Origin: Chrysomallon squamiferum
Lineage: Eukaryota; Animalia; Mollusca
Reading direction: 5' to 3'
DNA length: 64,000 nucleotides
NCBI GenBank assembly: GCA_012295275.1
Contig: CM022665.1
Coordinates: forward strand, 22,382,001 to 22,446,000
Numbering within the stretch: the first letter of the stretch is position 1; the number at the start of each line of letters is the position of its first letter. Below, piece after piece: positions 1-14,400 of the stretch. The notes below the pieces were generated by a model. It did not search any database. It had not been told where the DNA came from and saw only the letters and a program-made list of their open reading frames with translations. The position numbers and the translations under genes were made by a program.

Positions 1-3000
1 TCTATTTACTAAAGAGGAGAAAGCCCCAGGCCCCATGAACCAATAATTTTAAAAATAGCATGTTCTTACTGAGAATGCATCAATATTAAAAAGTTAATTA
101 TGCAGACAGCTATGCACTAACCATAACAAAATGTATTTAATGAGATTCATTAAGAAGGGTTCAAAATGATACCTCCAAACCTACACGAAAAAGATTAACT
201 TCTAACAAAATTTAGTGAAACATGCTGCTAATGATAAAAATAATTTTCTTTTGTGTCAATACTTTATATATACAATTAGTTTACTTTCTTTTTCCTTCTT
301 TTTATAAATTTTATTTAATATATATGTAATTATTATTGTTGTTATTAGTATTACTACTACTGTTAAAGAAAGAAAATATCCTAAAAAATCAGAAATGAAA
401 GAACAATGTTCTCTATCCATAGCTGATTGATACAAATTTGGCATCAGAGTTATTTGCAGAATTTTGATATGGATACGAGATGGTGTGTGCATTTTAGGGA
501 GATTTTACCAGTAGACTGTTACTTGGTCATAACAGCACACACTAAGGATGTTAAAGTCAATTCTTTCTATTATCAACGTATTTTTTAAAGCAGATATACA
601 GCGCATTAAATATTAACAAACTTGTGAGGCCTTTTAATGGAAAATTGGCTTATTAATATTTGAAAAACAGTAATAATAATAATAATAAAATTAAAAAAAA
701 TAATAATAAAAATTAAAAAAATGCAGATAGCAACAATTACTTGAAGCAAACAACAAACGTTTTCTTAAATGTCTGAAGGACAATCTTGTATGAAATTTAA
801 GAAAAACATTATATATATATATATGTGTGTGTGTGTGAAGAAAAATAAGAAGGAAAACCTAGATGTATCAATATTCACAGATTAATCTAATACAAGTCAT
901 TGCCAGACATTTATTGAGTGATATTTAACGTTTTATTTAAATTGCAGAAAAACTAATGAAATTAAAACTAAATAAATAAAACAATGGTGTATGAGACAGA
1001 GAAACAAATGGCGACTTGTGACTAACAAAGAAAATTTTATTTTTTATTTTAAATTTCTTTTGAAAACTACAGAGAGAAAACCCAAAGTCATGCTGCTGCA
1101 GAATTTTAAGGTAAAGAGATATTATGGCATATGGACCAATTAAACGATTTTATCATGTAAAGATTACAGATTGTTTCCAATATGAACAATATCAAATTGT
1201 TGGAACAAGCTTGGTCATAGTTCAGCTTCTATTTTCTAAAGAAGAGAAAGCCCCTGGATCCATGGAAAAAAAGAAAGAAAAGAAAAGCACATTCTGAGAA
1301 CGCATAAATATTAATAAGGTAATTATACAGACAGCTATGCACTAACCGTATCAAAATGTATTTAATGAGATTCATTAAGAAGGGCTCAAAATGATAGAAT
1401 CCAAGTGTCATCTCCAAACCTACATGAAAAAGACTAACTTCTAACAAAATTCTGTGAAACATGCTGCTAAACATAAAATAACATAATAATTTTCTTTTGT
1501 TAATATTTTATATATACAATTAGTTTCCTTTCTTTTTTCTTCATTTAATATATATATATATATGTAATTATTATTATTATAATTATTACGAAAAACAAAA
1601 AACTTTTTTCTTTTTTTTTAAATCCGAAGAAAAACAAAAACTGAAAAAATGTAACCATTTTAACAATCTTTTAAATTACAGGGGTAAAAAAAAGAAATAA
1701 AAAAAAAACAAAGAAACAAAGCATTCTGAGAATGCATAAATATTAATCAGGTAATTATGCAGACAGCTATACACTAACCATAACAAAATGTATTTAATGA
1801 GATACATTAAAAAGGGTTCAAAATGATAGAATCCAAGTGTCATCTTCAAACCTACACGAAAAACACTAACTTCTAACGAAATTCTGTGAAACATGCTGCT
1901 AAACATAAAATAAAATAATAATTTTCTTTTGTGTTAATATTTTATATATTCAGTTACTTTCCTTTCTTTTTTCTTCATTTAATATATATATATATATATG
2001 TAATTATTATTATTATAATTATTACAAAAACAAAAAACACTTTTTTTTTTTTTTTTTTAAATCTGTAGAAAAACAAAAACTGAAGAAATGTAACCATTTT
2101 CTCAAATACAGGTTACAGATCTTTTCTAAAAATGGACAGCTTCCAACTGTTGGAACAAGCTTGATCTTAGTTAAGCTTCTATTTACTAAACAAGAGAAAG
2201 GCACCCACCCCAACAAAAAATAAAATATAAAAAATAAAGAGAAGAAAAAAACGAATGCCGACAGCAGTGTATCTCTAAATCTACATGAAGAAGACTAACT
2301 TTTAATCAAGTTCTGTGAAACATGCTGGTAAACATAAAATAATCATTTTCTTTCATGTTAATATTTTATATATACAATTAGTTTACTTTCTTTTTATTAA
2401 TTTTATCTATATGTAATTATTATTATTATTAAAGAAAGAAAATAACCTAAAAATTCAGAAATGATAGGAAAATATTCTGTCCACAGCTGATTGATACAAA
2501 TTTGGCATCAGAGTTATTTGCAGAATTTTGATATGGATACGAGATGGTGTGTGCATTTTAGGGAGATTTTACCAGTAGACTGTTACTCGGTCATGACAAC
2601 ACACACTAAGGATGTTAAAGTCAATTCTTTCTATTATCAACGCATTTTTTAAAGCAGATATACAGCGCATTAAATATTAACAAATTTGTGAGGCCTTTCA
2701 ATGGAAAATTGGCTTATTAATATTTAAAAAACAATAATAATAATAATAAAATTAAAAAAAACAAAAACAAAATGCTGATAGCAACAATTACTTGAAGCAA
2801 ACAACAAACATTTTCTTAAATGTCTGAAGGACAATCTTGTATGAAATGTAAGAAAAACATACATAGCTATATATATATATGTGAAGAAAAAAACGAAGGA
2901 AAAGCTAGATGTATCAATATTTACAGATTAATCTAATACAAGTCATTGCCAAAGACAACCTCTGAAATTTATTGAGTGATATTTAAAGTTTTATTTAAAT

Positions 3001-6000
3001 TGCAGAAAAAACAACGAAATTAAAAATAAATAAATAAAACAATGGTGTATGAGACAGGGAAACAAATGGTGACTTGTGATTAACAAAGAAGAATTTTTTT
3101 TCCTTTTTTAAATCTTTTGAAAACTACAGAGAGAAAACCCAAAGTCATGCTGCTGCAGAATTTTAAGGTAAAGAGATATTATGGTATATGGACCAATTAA
3201 ATGATTTTATCAAGTAAAGATTACAGATTGTTTCCAATATGAACAATATCAAATTGTGGGAACAAGCTTGATCATAGTTCAGCTTCTATTTACTAAAGAG
3301 GAGAAAGCCCCAGGCCCCATGAAAAAATAATTTAAAAAATAGCATGTTCTTACTGAGAATGCATCAATATTAAAAAGTTAATTATGCAGACAGCTATGCA
3401 CTAACCATAACAAAATACATTTAATGAGATTCATTAAGAAGGGTTCAAAATTATAGAATCCAAGTATTATCTCCAAACCTACACTAAAAAGACCAACTTC
3501 TAACAAAGTTCGGTGAAACATACTGCTAATGATAAAAATAATTTTCTTTTGTGTTACTAATTTATACATACAATTAGTTTACTTTCTTTTTCCTTCTTTT
3601 TATAAATTTTATTTAAAATATATGTAATTATTATTATTGTTATTATTATTACTACTACTGTTAAAGAAAGAAAATATCCTAAAAAATCAGAAATGAAAGA
3701 ACAATGTTCTCTATCCATAGATGATTGATACAAATATTTTAAGAGAAAAACCTGCTGACTTTCCTGAGTGTATGAGATGATATGTGAATTTTAGGGACAT
3801 TATACAGGCAAACTCTTACTTGGTCATGATAACCCAGACTTAGGTTGTTAAGATCAACTCTTGGAATAAGAATTGGCTTACTAATAAAAAAGAATGAAGC
3901 AGCCAATCATTTACTCATACGGAGAAATACCTAAACAATCTTTTAAATTACAGGGGTAAAAAAAGAAAAAAAAAAAAACAAAGAAAGAAAGCATTCTGAG
4001 AATGCATAAATATTAATAAGGTAATTATGCAGACAGCTATACACTAACCATAACAAAATGTATTTAATGAGATTCATTAAGAAGGGTTCAAAATGATAGG
4101 ATCCAAGTGTCATCTCCAAACCTACACGAAAAACACTAACTTCTAACGAAATTCTGTGAAACATGCTGCTAAACATAAAATAACATAATAATTTTCTTTT
4201 GTTAATATTTTATATATACAATTAGTTTCCTTTGTTTTTTTCTTCATTTAATATATATATATATGTAATTATTATTATTATAATTATTACAAAAACAAAA
4301 ACCACTTTTTATATTTTTTTTCAAAATCTGAAGAAAAACAAAAACTGAAGAAATGTAACCATTTTATCAAATACAGGTTACAGATCTTTTCTAAAAATGG
4401 ACAGCTTCCAATTGTTGGAACAAGCTTGATCTTAGTTTAGCTTCTATTTACTAAACAAGAGAAAGGCACCCACCCAACCAAAAAACAAAAAAAAGAAGAA
4501 AAAAACGAATGCCGACAGCAGTGTATCTCTAAATCTACATGAATCAAGTTCTGTGAAACATGCTGGTAAACATAAAATAATCATTTTCTTTCATGTTAAT
4601 ATTTTATATATACAATTAGTTTACTTTCTTTTTATTAATTTTATCTATATGTAATTATTATTATTATTATTAAAGAAAGAAAATAACCTAAAAATTCAGA
4701 AATGATAGGAAAATATTCTGTCCACAGCTGACTGATGCAAATTTGGCATCAGAGTTATTTGCAGAATTTTGATATGGATACGAGATGGTGTGTGCATTTT
4801 AGGGAGATTTTACCAGTAGACTGTTACTTGGTCATAACAGCACACACTAAGGATGTTAAAGTCAATTCTTTCTATTATCAACGTATTTTTTAAAGCAGAT
4901 ATACAGCGCATTAAATATTAACAAATTTGTGAGGCCTTTTAATGGAAAATTGGCTTATTAATATTTAAAAAACAGTAATAATAATAATAATAAAATTTGA
5001 AAAAAACAACAACCCAAAAATGCTGATAGCAACAATTACTTGAAGCAAACAAACATTTTCTTAAATCTCTGAAGGACAATCTTGTATGAATTGTAAGAAA
5101 ACCATATACAGATATATATATATCTATATACGTGAAGAAAAAAAGAAGGAAAAGCTAGATGTATCAATATTTACAGATTAATCTAATACAAGTCATTGCC
5201 AGACATTCTAATAATATCAACCATTTATAGAGTGATATTTAAAGTTTTATTTAAATTGCTGAAAAACTAATGAAATTAAATAGAAATAAAACAATGGTGT
5301 TTGAGACGGAGAAACAAGTGGCAACTTGTGACCAACAGAGATGATTTTTTTTCTTCCTTTTTTGAATTTCTTTTGAAAACTACAGAGAGAAAACCCAAAG
5401 TCATGCTGCTGCAGAATTTTAAGGTAAAGAGAAATTATGGCATATGGATAAATGAAACAATTTACTCGTAAGGAGAAATAACCAAATGATCTTTGAAATT
5501 GAAGGAACAAAACAAAAATGGTTTTTAAAAAATAAAGAAAAACAGAGACTGGAGAAATGTATTTAATGAGATTCATTAAGAAGGGTTCAAAATTATAGAA
5601 TCCAAGTGTTATCTCCAAACCTACACGAAAAAGACCAACTTCTAACAAAGTTCGGTGAAACATACTGCTGATGATAAAAATAATTTTCTTTTGTGTTACT
5701 AATGTATATATACAATTAGTTTACTTTCTTTTTCCTTCTTTTTATAAATTTTATTTAATATATATGTAATTATTATTATTATTACTACTACTACTATTAA
5801 AGAAAGAAAATATCCTAAAAAATCAGAATTGAAAGAACAATGTTCTCTATCCAAGCCGATTTATACATATTTTTTAAGAGAAAAACCTGCTGACTTTCCT
5901 GAGTGATGGTATGTGCATTTTAGGGAGATTGTACAGGCAACCTGTTACTTGGTCATAACCCAGACTTCGGATGTTAAGGTCAACTCTTGGAATAAGAATT

Positions 6001-9000
6001 GGCTTACTAATAAAAAAAAGAAGGAAGCAGCCAATCATTTACTCATAAGGAAAAATACCGTAACAATCTTTTAAATTACAGAGGAAAATACAGAAGAAAA
6101 AAAAAAAGAAAGAAAGCATTCTAAGTGAGAGTGTATAAATATTAATAATGTAATTATGCAGACAGCTATACACTAACCATAACAAAATGTATTTAATGAG
6201 ATTCATCAAGAAGGGTTCAAAATGATAGGATCCAAGTGTTATATCCAGACCTACATGAAGAAGACCAACTTCTAACAAAGTTATGTGAAACATGCTGCTG
6301 TTCATAATGTAAAATAATAATTTTATTTTGTGTTAATATTTTATATATACAATTAGTTTACTTTTTTCTTCTTTTAATAAATTATATTTACAATATATGT
6401 AAATTATTATTATTATTATTATTATTACTGCTATTAAAAAAAGAAAATAACCCAATAATTCAGAAATCAAAGTAAAATGTTCTCTATCCATAGCTGATTG
6501 ATACAAATTTTTTAAGAGAAAAGTCTGCCGACTTTCCTGAGTGTATGAGATGATATTTGTATTTTAGGGAGATTATATAGGCAAATTGTTACTTGGACAT
6601 GATAACCCAGACTTAGGTTGTTAAGGTCAACTCTTGGAATAAGAATTGGCTTACTAATAAAAAAAGAAGGAAACAGCCACTCATTCATTCATAAGGAGTA
6701 ATACCTAAACAATCTTTTAAATTACATGGGAGAAAAAGAAGAAGAAAAAAAGAAAAAGAAAGAAAGCATTCTAACTGAAAATGCATAAATAGTAATGAGG
6801 TAATTATGCAGACAGCTATACACTAACCATAACAAAATGTATTTAATGAGATTCATTAAGAAGGGTTCAAAATGACAGAATCCAAGTGTCATCTCCAAAC
6901 CTACACAAAAAAGACCAAGTTCTAACGTAATTCTCTGAAACATGCTGCTAAACATAAAATAAAATAATAATTTTCTTTTGTGTTGATATTTTATATAGAC
7001 AATTAGTTTACTTTCTTTTTTCTTCAGTTTATAAATTGTATTTACAATATATGTAATTATTATTATTAAAGATAGAAAATAACCTAAAAATTCATAAATC
7101 AAAGAAAAATGTTCTCTATCCATAGCCAATTGATACAAATATTTTAAGAGAAAAACCTGCTGACTTTCCCGAGTGTATGAGATGGTATGTGAATTTTAGG
7201 GACATTATTTTAGCAAACTGTTACTTGGTCATGATAACCTAGACTTAGGATGTTACGGTCAACTCTTGGAATAAGAACTGGCTTATTAATAAAAAAAAAA
7301 TTGGAGAAATGTATCAATTTTATCAAGTAAAGGTTACAGACCTATTCTAAGAATGGGCAGGTACCAATTGTTGGAGGAAGCTTGCTTAGTTTAGCTTTTA
7401 TTTACTAAACAAGAGAAAGGCCTCACAAAAGAAAAAAGGAATGCTGACAGCAATGTTATCTCCAAACCTACATGAAGAAAACTAACTTTTAATCAAGTTC
7501 TGTGAAACATGCTGGTAAACATAAAATAATCATTTTCTTTCATGTTAATATTTTATATATACAATTAGTTTACTTTCTTTTTATTAATTTTATTTATATG
7601 TAATTATTATTATTATTATTAAAGAAAGAAAATAACCTAAAAATTCAGAAATGATAGAAAAATATTGTCCTTAGCTGATTGATACAAATTTGGCATCAGA
7701 GTTATTTGCAGAATTTTGATATGGATACAAGATAGTGTGTGCATTGTAGGGAGATTTTACAGGTAGACTGTTACTCAATCATGGTAACACAGATTTAGGA
7801 TGTTAAAGTCAATTCTTTCTATTATCAACATATCTTTTAAAACAGATATACAGCACATTAAATATTAACAAATTTGTGGGGCCTTTTAATGGGCGAATTG
7901 GCTTATTAATATTTAAATAACAGTAATAACAATAACAATAATAATAATAATAATGAAATTAGAAAAAAAGAAAAAAGAAAAATGGAGATGGCAACTATGT
8001 GTATGAAGATTTGAACAAATTACATGAAGCAAAGGACCTAACCATTTTCTTAAATGTCTGTAGGACAATCTTGTATGATATTTAAGACATTATAAAATAA
8101 ATAAATTAAATTATATATATATATATATATGAAGAAAAAAGTAAAGAAAGGAAATCTAGATGTATCAATATTTACAGATTAAAGTAAAGGTTACAGCTCT
8201 TTTCTGAAAATGAACAGCTTCCAATTGTTAGAACAAGCTTGATCTTAGTTCGGTTTCTATTTACTAAAGAGAAAGGCCCCCACTCCACCAAAAAAAAAAA
8301 AAAAAAAAAAAAAAAAAGAATGCCGACAGGAATGTTATCTCCAAACATTCACAAAGAAGACTAATGTTTAATGAATTTCTGCTAAACATATAATAAAATA
8401 ATAATTTTTTTGTGTTACTATTTTTATATATATAATATTAGTTTAGTTTTTTTTTATTAATTTTATTTATATGTAATTATTATTACTGTTACTATTTGTA
8501 TTATTAAAGAACATATATGACATAAAAATTCAGAAAAGAAAGAAAAGTATTCTCTATCCACAGCTGATTGATACAAATATTTCGAGAGAAAAACCTGCTG
8601 ACTTTCCTGAGTGCTTGAGATGGTATGTGTATTTTAGGGAGATTATACAGGCAGACCGTTACTTGGTCACGATAACCCAGACTTAGGTTGTTAAGGTCAA
8701 CTCTTGGAATAAGAATTGGCTTATTAATAAAAAAACAGAAGGAAACAGCCAATCATTTACTGATAGAGAAATACCTAAACATTTTTTTAAATTATAGGGG
8801 AAAATAAAGTTAGGACTTTTTAAAAAATAAAGAAAAGCAAAGATTGGAGATAGAATTTGTCTGTATTATTTGGATAAAATACTTGAACGAAAAGAATTAA
8901 ACATTTCCTTAAATGTCTAAAAGAGAAGCATTACAGAAGACAATGTTAAAATATAAATGAAAAAATAAATAAAAGAAAAAGTGTATACATCAATATTTAC

Positions 9001-9700
9001 AATTTAATCTAATAGAAGCTACTGTTAGCAAACAAATCATACAAAACCAGTTACCCAAAGATACTCCAAGGTTTCTTTAAATTAGAGAGACAAAAGAAAT
9101 AAAAATAATTTTAAACAATGGTGTTCATGATAAGAAAACTGATGGAGACTTTACAGTAACATAGAAGGAATCATCCATACACAACAATGCCTCCCCTTCT
9201 CACCTCCCAAAAAAAACAAAAAAAAAAGACAAGGAGAGAAAAACCAGATAATTTTCAGGTACAGTGAGATTAGGGAATGTGGACAAATGTAACAATTATA
9301 TGCAGAGCTACAGATTATTTCTAAAGAGAATCAGCTTTCACTTGATCATAGTTCAGTATGTATTTATTACCCATAAAGGAGGGGAAAAAACAGAAGAAAA
9401 AAAATTACATTCAAATTAATAATGCAGAAACATTATTGAAGAAACTACAATGGTAATTATATAGTGAGGAGTGCAATAATCTTCAAGATTATGTATTTCC
9501 ACACAAAATAGATTCATTAAGGAGAAGAACACAAAATGGTCCAGTGTTACCTGTAAACTTACATGAAGAAGGCCAACTTTTTTCTAAACTTGCTGTGAAT
9601 GTAAAAATAAAATAATAATAATTTCCTTTCACATACATACAAACATACATATGTATAAAATGATTATTATTATCACTAATGTTATTAAAAGAAGAAAACA
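1..9700. repeat. Complex modular tandem repeat array (satellite-like, higher-order mosaic); left end runs off the window
   Basis: Several blocks recur. GCAGACAGCTAT(G/A)CACTAACC...TTAATGAGATTCATTAAGAAGGG is at ~102, 1328, 1759, 3386, 4029, 6158 and 6808 (partial at ~5557, diverged at ~9510). GGCATCAGAGTTATTTGCAGAATTTTG is at ~440, 2504, 4745 and 7692. GAGAAAAACCTGCTGACTTTCC is at ~3743, 5878, 6516, 7148 and 8586. CAAAGTCATGCTGCTGCAG is at ~1083, 3140 and 5396. Blocks are separated by variable poly-A, (TA)n and (TTA)n spacers. Confidence 0.95.
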
Positions 9701-10558
9701 ACTTAAAAATTGGAAAATAAGGGAAAAATGGCTTTGCATTATAAAACATAATAAACCTGCTAGCTGAATGTATATTAAACATTTAACATTTAATTTATGA
9801 TATACATATACATATGTTCATTGATTGCATGTCAACTATCTTCTCTATAAAAATAAACATACACATTTTAAGAGTATCATACCTAAATGAATGTAATGCT
9901 TACTCAAATGGGTATAATACAAAATCATTATTTTTGAATATTTTAAAAATGAATTAAAAAATAAAATAAAATATAAATATTGTATGATGACATATGACAC
10001 TAATTAAAATATATGGGAACACATATTACCTAAACTGTATATGCTTTATTATTTTTCATTTTAAAAAATTGTTAATAAATTTTCAAAAGTCAGCACAGAT
10101 TCTAATTATGATGTACATAATTAAAAAATTCTAGTAAATGTTGCTGATTTTACTTTAAAATATAAATTAATAATAAAATAAATCGTAATTAATGTATATA
10201 AAATTCAGCAAGATTTTACTGATGACTCAGTTTGTAAGGATTTTTTTAGAGATCAGGAGCCTTTATCTGGAGAGAATTTTGATGTACTGTTCAATTTAGT
10301 TTGTATTTAACATATTTAAGGAATAAAAAAAAAATTAAAAACCTGGGTAAATGCATAAAATATATATTTTGATTTTTCTTCTTTTATTTTTTTGATTACA
10401 AATTAATTTACAATGTAATTATTTTCACCATATCAAATATGATCACTAGATAAAGTTACAAACTATCATAAAATACTTATTATTAATCAGTAGAGTACAT
10501 GTAATGTTTTATTTAAAAATTAAAAATTAATGTATAAATTTAATTAAAATATTTTAAA

Positions 10559-10596
<38 letters not shown>

Positions 10597-11406
10597 TTTA
10601 ATTATGTGAATAACAACAAATTAAAACCATTATTACCAAGTAACAAATAATGTAAAATAATAGTAATAATTATTATGTACTTTTATCAACTTTCTGGTAA
10701 CAACTCTGGACTTTGTTAAATGGAATGTTTGAAATTATAACTGAAAAAGTATATGTATATGGGGGGAATGCAAAACACTACAACTAGACTAATTTAAAGA
10801 CATCTTAATAAGTTTAAGGTTATTTAAAAAACCTTCCTTTTTTATATTAATTAGATTTTATACCATGCACTTTGTCCAAGTTTTGAGAATTATTAAGGAG
10901 AAAATTTTATAAAGAGCCAAACAATTAAACGTAACTTGCTAAAATAATATCAGCACATTAATGTCTGACTTAAATATGTCTTTGCCAAAAAATAGTTCAC
11001 TATGTAAGATAAGGTGATTAAATGCACAGTATAGGTCACCTATCACATCTTATGTTTGCACATCCAATTTTGATTGTTGCCTATTCTACAAAAAATAATT
11101 AATAAGCATATAGTGCACCACGAAATGAAGGAAATAAAGGACAAAAGAAAAAAAAAAATTAATAATTTAAACAAACAAAAAAAAAAAAAGGTAAGGAAAG
11201 GGCTGTAAAATTTATAAATTAATTATATATCAAAATGAGGTTAAACAAGAAATGAATACAACGGGTGTTGTCAATCAAACCAACCACTTAGATCAGCTAA
11301 AATAACTATAATAAAAAATGTTAATCTCCACTTATAAAGGAAGAATCGAGTTCTATCAGAGATACCCTACCAATCAATAGCAAGCCATTAGCAGAGGTAC
11401 AGTAAT

Positions 11407-14400
11407 TCACATAGATTTGTGGATGAGAGATAAAAACTCTTCTCTTGTTTTAGGGTCTTGACGAAACACACCCAGCATTGTACTTGTTACAGTCCTGCTG
11501 TTCAGTTTCTGCACACCTCTCATCACCATACACAAGTGTCTGCAAAATTAAAAGTTAAAAGGCTATTAAAAAATAATAATAATTATATTACAAAAACATT
11601 ATATCAGTTTTAATAATAAATTTTATTATTATTACTTACATTGATTGTATATAGATTATCTATGTATATTGGACATCTAAAAATTTTCACAAAAGGTTGC
11701 CACTGTATAGAAGCAAATGATTTAATATTGTTTAACCTATATTACAATAGTCATAGAGAAATACAAATACCTTTATAAGAAATAACATTTTATTTTATAA
11801 CAGAATTTCATTGTTAGTAAATAAGAAAATTCTTTCAAATATTTATCATGTTGGTATTCCTATTATGTTGGCACTTAAAGCAGAGGATTTTGATAATAAC
11901 TGCAACAGGTAGCTTCAATTACCCATTCAGTGCCTTGAAAGAATCTACACCCAAATATAAATGCTTTGTTTTTAATCCACAACCCTCTCAAATTTACCCT
12001 TCGACGTTGCTTGTTCCATACAATGTTTGTCATCATTGTTTTTGCTGTTCAGTGGGCAGTTATCAAAATCATCTGCTTTCCTTTTTAAAACTGAGTTAAT
12101 TTGTGAATGACTAACACAAATTTTTTTTTTAGTAACATTGATTCTGTTCTAATGTTCAGCAGTATGTGTTTTCAGTGGCACTGTGAAACATTACAAAAAT
12201 ATTGTTTTATCAAAAGCTATTATAGAGAGAGCAAGTTTAACGCAGTTTTTTGTTTCATATGGGGTTTTTTTAATTATCAAAACTGATCAAATTTGGCACC
12301 ACCTTGATAAGCCACTGAAGTCTCATAGGACTTAGCAAATCTATGAGTGGTCCAATTTACTTGCAAAGAAAGGAGCTTCTTTCACTTTTTACTGCTGAAA
12401 CATTGAAGCAAATCCATGCAACATTTATAAGTTATGATCATTTACATGTTTTACAGTAATTATGATGATTTGTTCCTCTGCATGGGTAATTTTGGCCATT
12501 TTCTCATGCTTGGAGGATTATATCATCTATGAAAACACAATAATCATTGTTAAAAAAAGAAGTTCTTTCACGCTTTTAAATCCCAGACATTACTGCTAAT
12601 CAGAAATGGAATGACACACTGTCAAAAATGTAGTTTTTTACACATTTGTCAGTGTACACACTTATTTTTCTCAGTTTTCAAGTTTACATACTCAACCTTG
12701 ACATGGTCATTGTCATTTGTTAATTAATCAAATTAATGTTTCTTACTAATTAGCTGAAAATGGCTCATGTCACATTTGCTGATGTTGTTAAAATTAAGAA
12801 CTGTAAAAGTTTACGAAAACCAATTTTACTATTATTAGTCATTAAAGGTTCTAATGGTTGGTTGAATAGACGGAAAACAAGATATTATGTCAAAGGATTC
12901 ATGGTTTGTGGCAGTTAGTATCATTGACAATGCAAGTGAAGGTAAGAATTCTGGAGAATATTGGCAATTATTCAGAGGAGTGTATCTTTAATTGTGACAA
13001 AAGTGGTATTTTTCTGTGTCTTGCTGACTAACAAAGGCTGTAAATCATTAAAATTGTTAACAGTAATGTTTGTTTCCAGCGCTACAAAAAACCACTCATA
13101 AGTAAAAATCTCAGGAACATTGTTTTAAAAATATCACTGCAAGTCAACTGCCAGCAATGTACATAGCAAACAAGAAAATGTGGATGAGAAGCCACATAAT
13201 AACTAGCTGAATACTATCAGTGAACACCTTAATGAAGAGACAGAAGATAAAAATTGTACTTTGTCTTGATAATGCACTTCACATGACCTTGAGTAACATA
13301 AATTTTACATTTTTGTCTGCCAACACATACATCTTGATCAAGGTATTCAAAGCTAGATATCAGAAAAATATGCTTCAATAGCTGGTGAACAGAGCTTTGC
13401 AAACTATTAAAATTCCTGGATGCTATTAACTACCTGACAAATTATTTGGACATGTTTAATGATGCTCCAAATTTAGAAACTTCTGTGACAGCAACAATGA
13501 TGAATCCTAAAATAATCAGTAAAGTTCAGCCAAAGATTTCTATGCCACCAGGAAGCAACATGACCTACATTCCAGCTGATGAAAATGGTCAACACATTGA
13601 AAAACTCTGCTATTTTTAAAATTAAATGTGGATATTGACAAATAACAATGGAACTCTTTAAAAATGTCAGCCAATTTTTATAAAGGGTTTACACTTTAAT
13701 TTGATTACTGTTTTTAATTGGGTTTTTTAAATAATGTGACACATTTATACATTTAATTTTTTTGTTTACATATAAATTTTGTAAAGACTATTTCATGAAA
13801 TCTGTGTAATCCAAACAATTAATTCAGTCCCAAAGGTTCAGAGGAGTTTCACTGTACATGCATGCATGGGTGTGTGTTTTTTCTTCTTGATAACACCAGC
13901 ATTATTACAAAATTAGAATCACTTAATACTGTGAACAATCTACAAATACTATTCTATTTATTCAATTGATTTCCAGTAAGCTTTCCTATAATTATTTATG
14001 AAAACATTACAAGTCAGACATAATTAACAGATATGCTCATGCATCAATATAATTTATTATATTTTGATATCAATGCATAAATATATACAAAAATTAGGTA
14101 TTTCAACACCTCTATTATCACATATAACACTAACTATATTAATAAATATACTGAATAGGGATGGGCCATATACTGGTTTTTCCACAACTGATGTTTTGTT
14201 CTTCTTTATAATGAATTATATTTTATCTTGAATGTTTTAGTCACAACAATGATATTCTTCTTGTGAAATTCTTGATCCAATTTCTGGATAAAATTCTAAA
14301 CACTAGTTAACCATGAATTATTTATATAATGACCATTTCTTTTAAACTGTGCTCATCTTTGTCATCTTCAAGAATACAATTTAACTTCAGCAAAGCATCT

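Noticed and set aside
1-9700. CRISPR-like or snoRNA/miRNA cluster interpretation of the repeat array
   Set aside because: The context is eukaryotic, modules are long with low-complexity linkers rather than unique spacers, and I saw no consistent C/D or H/ACA boxes or long hairpins.
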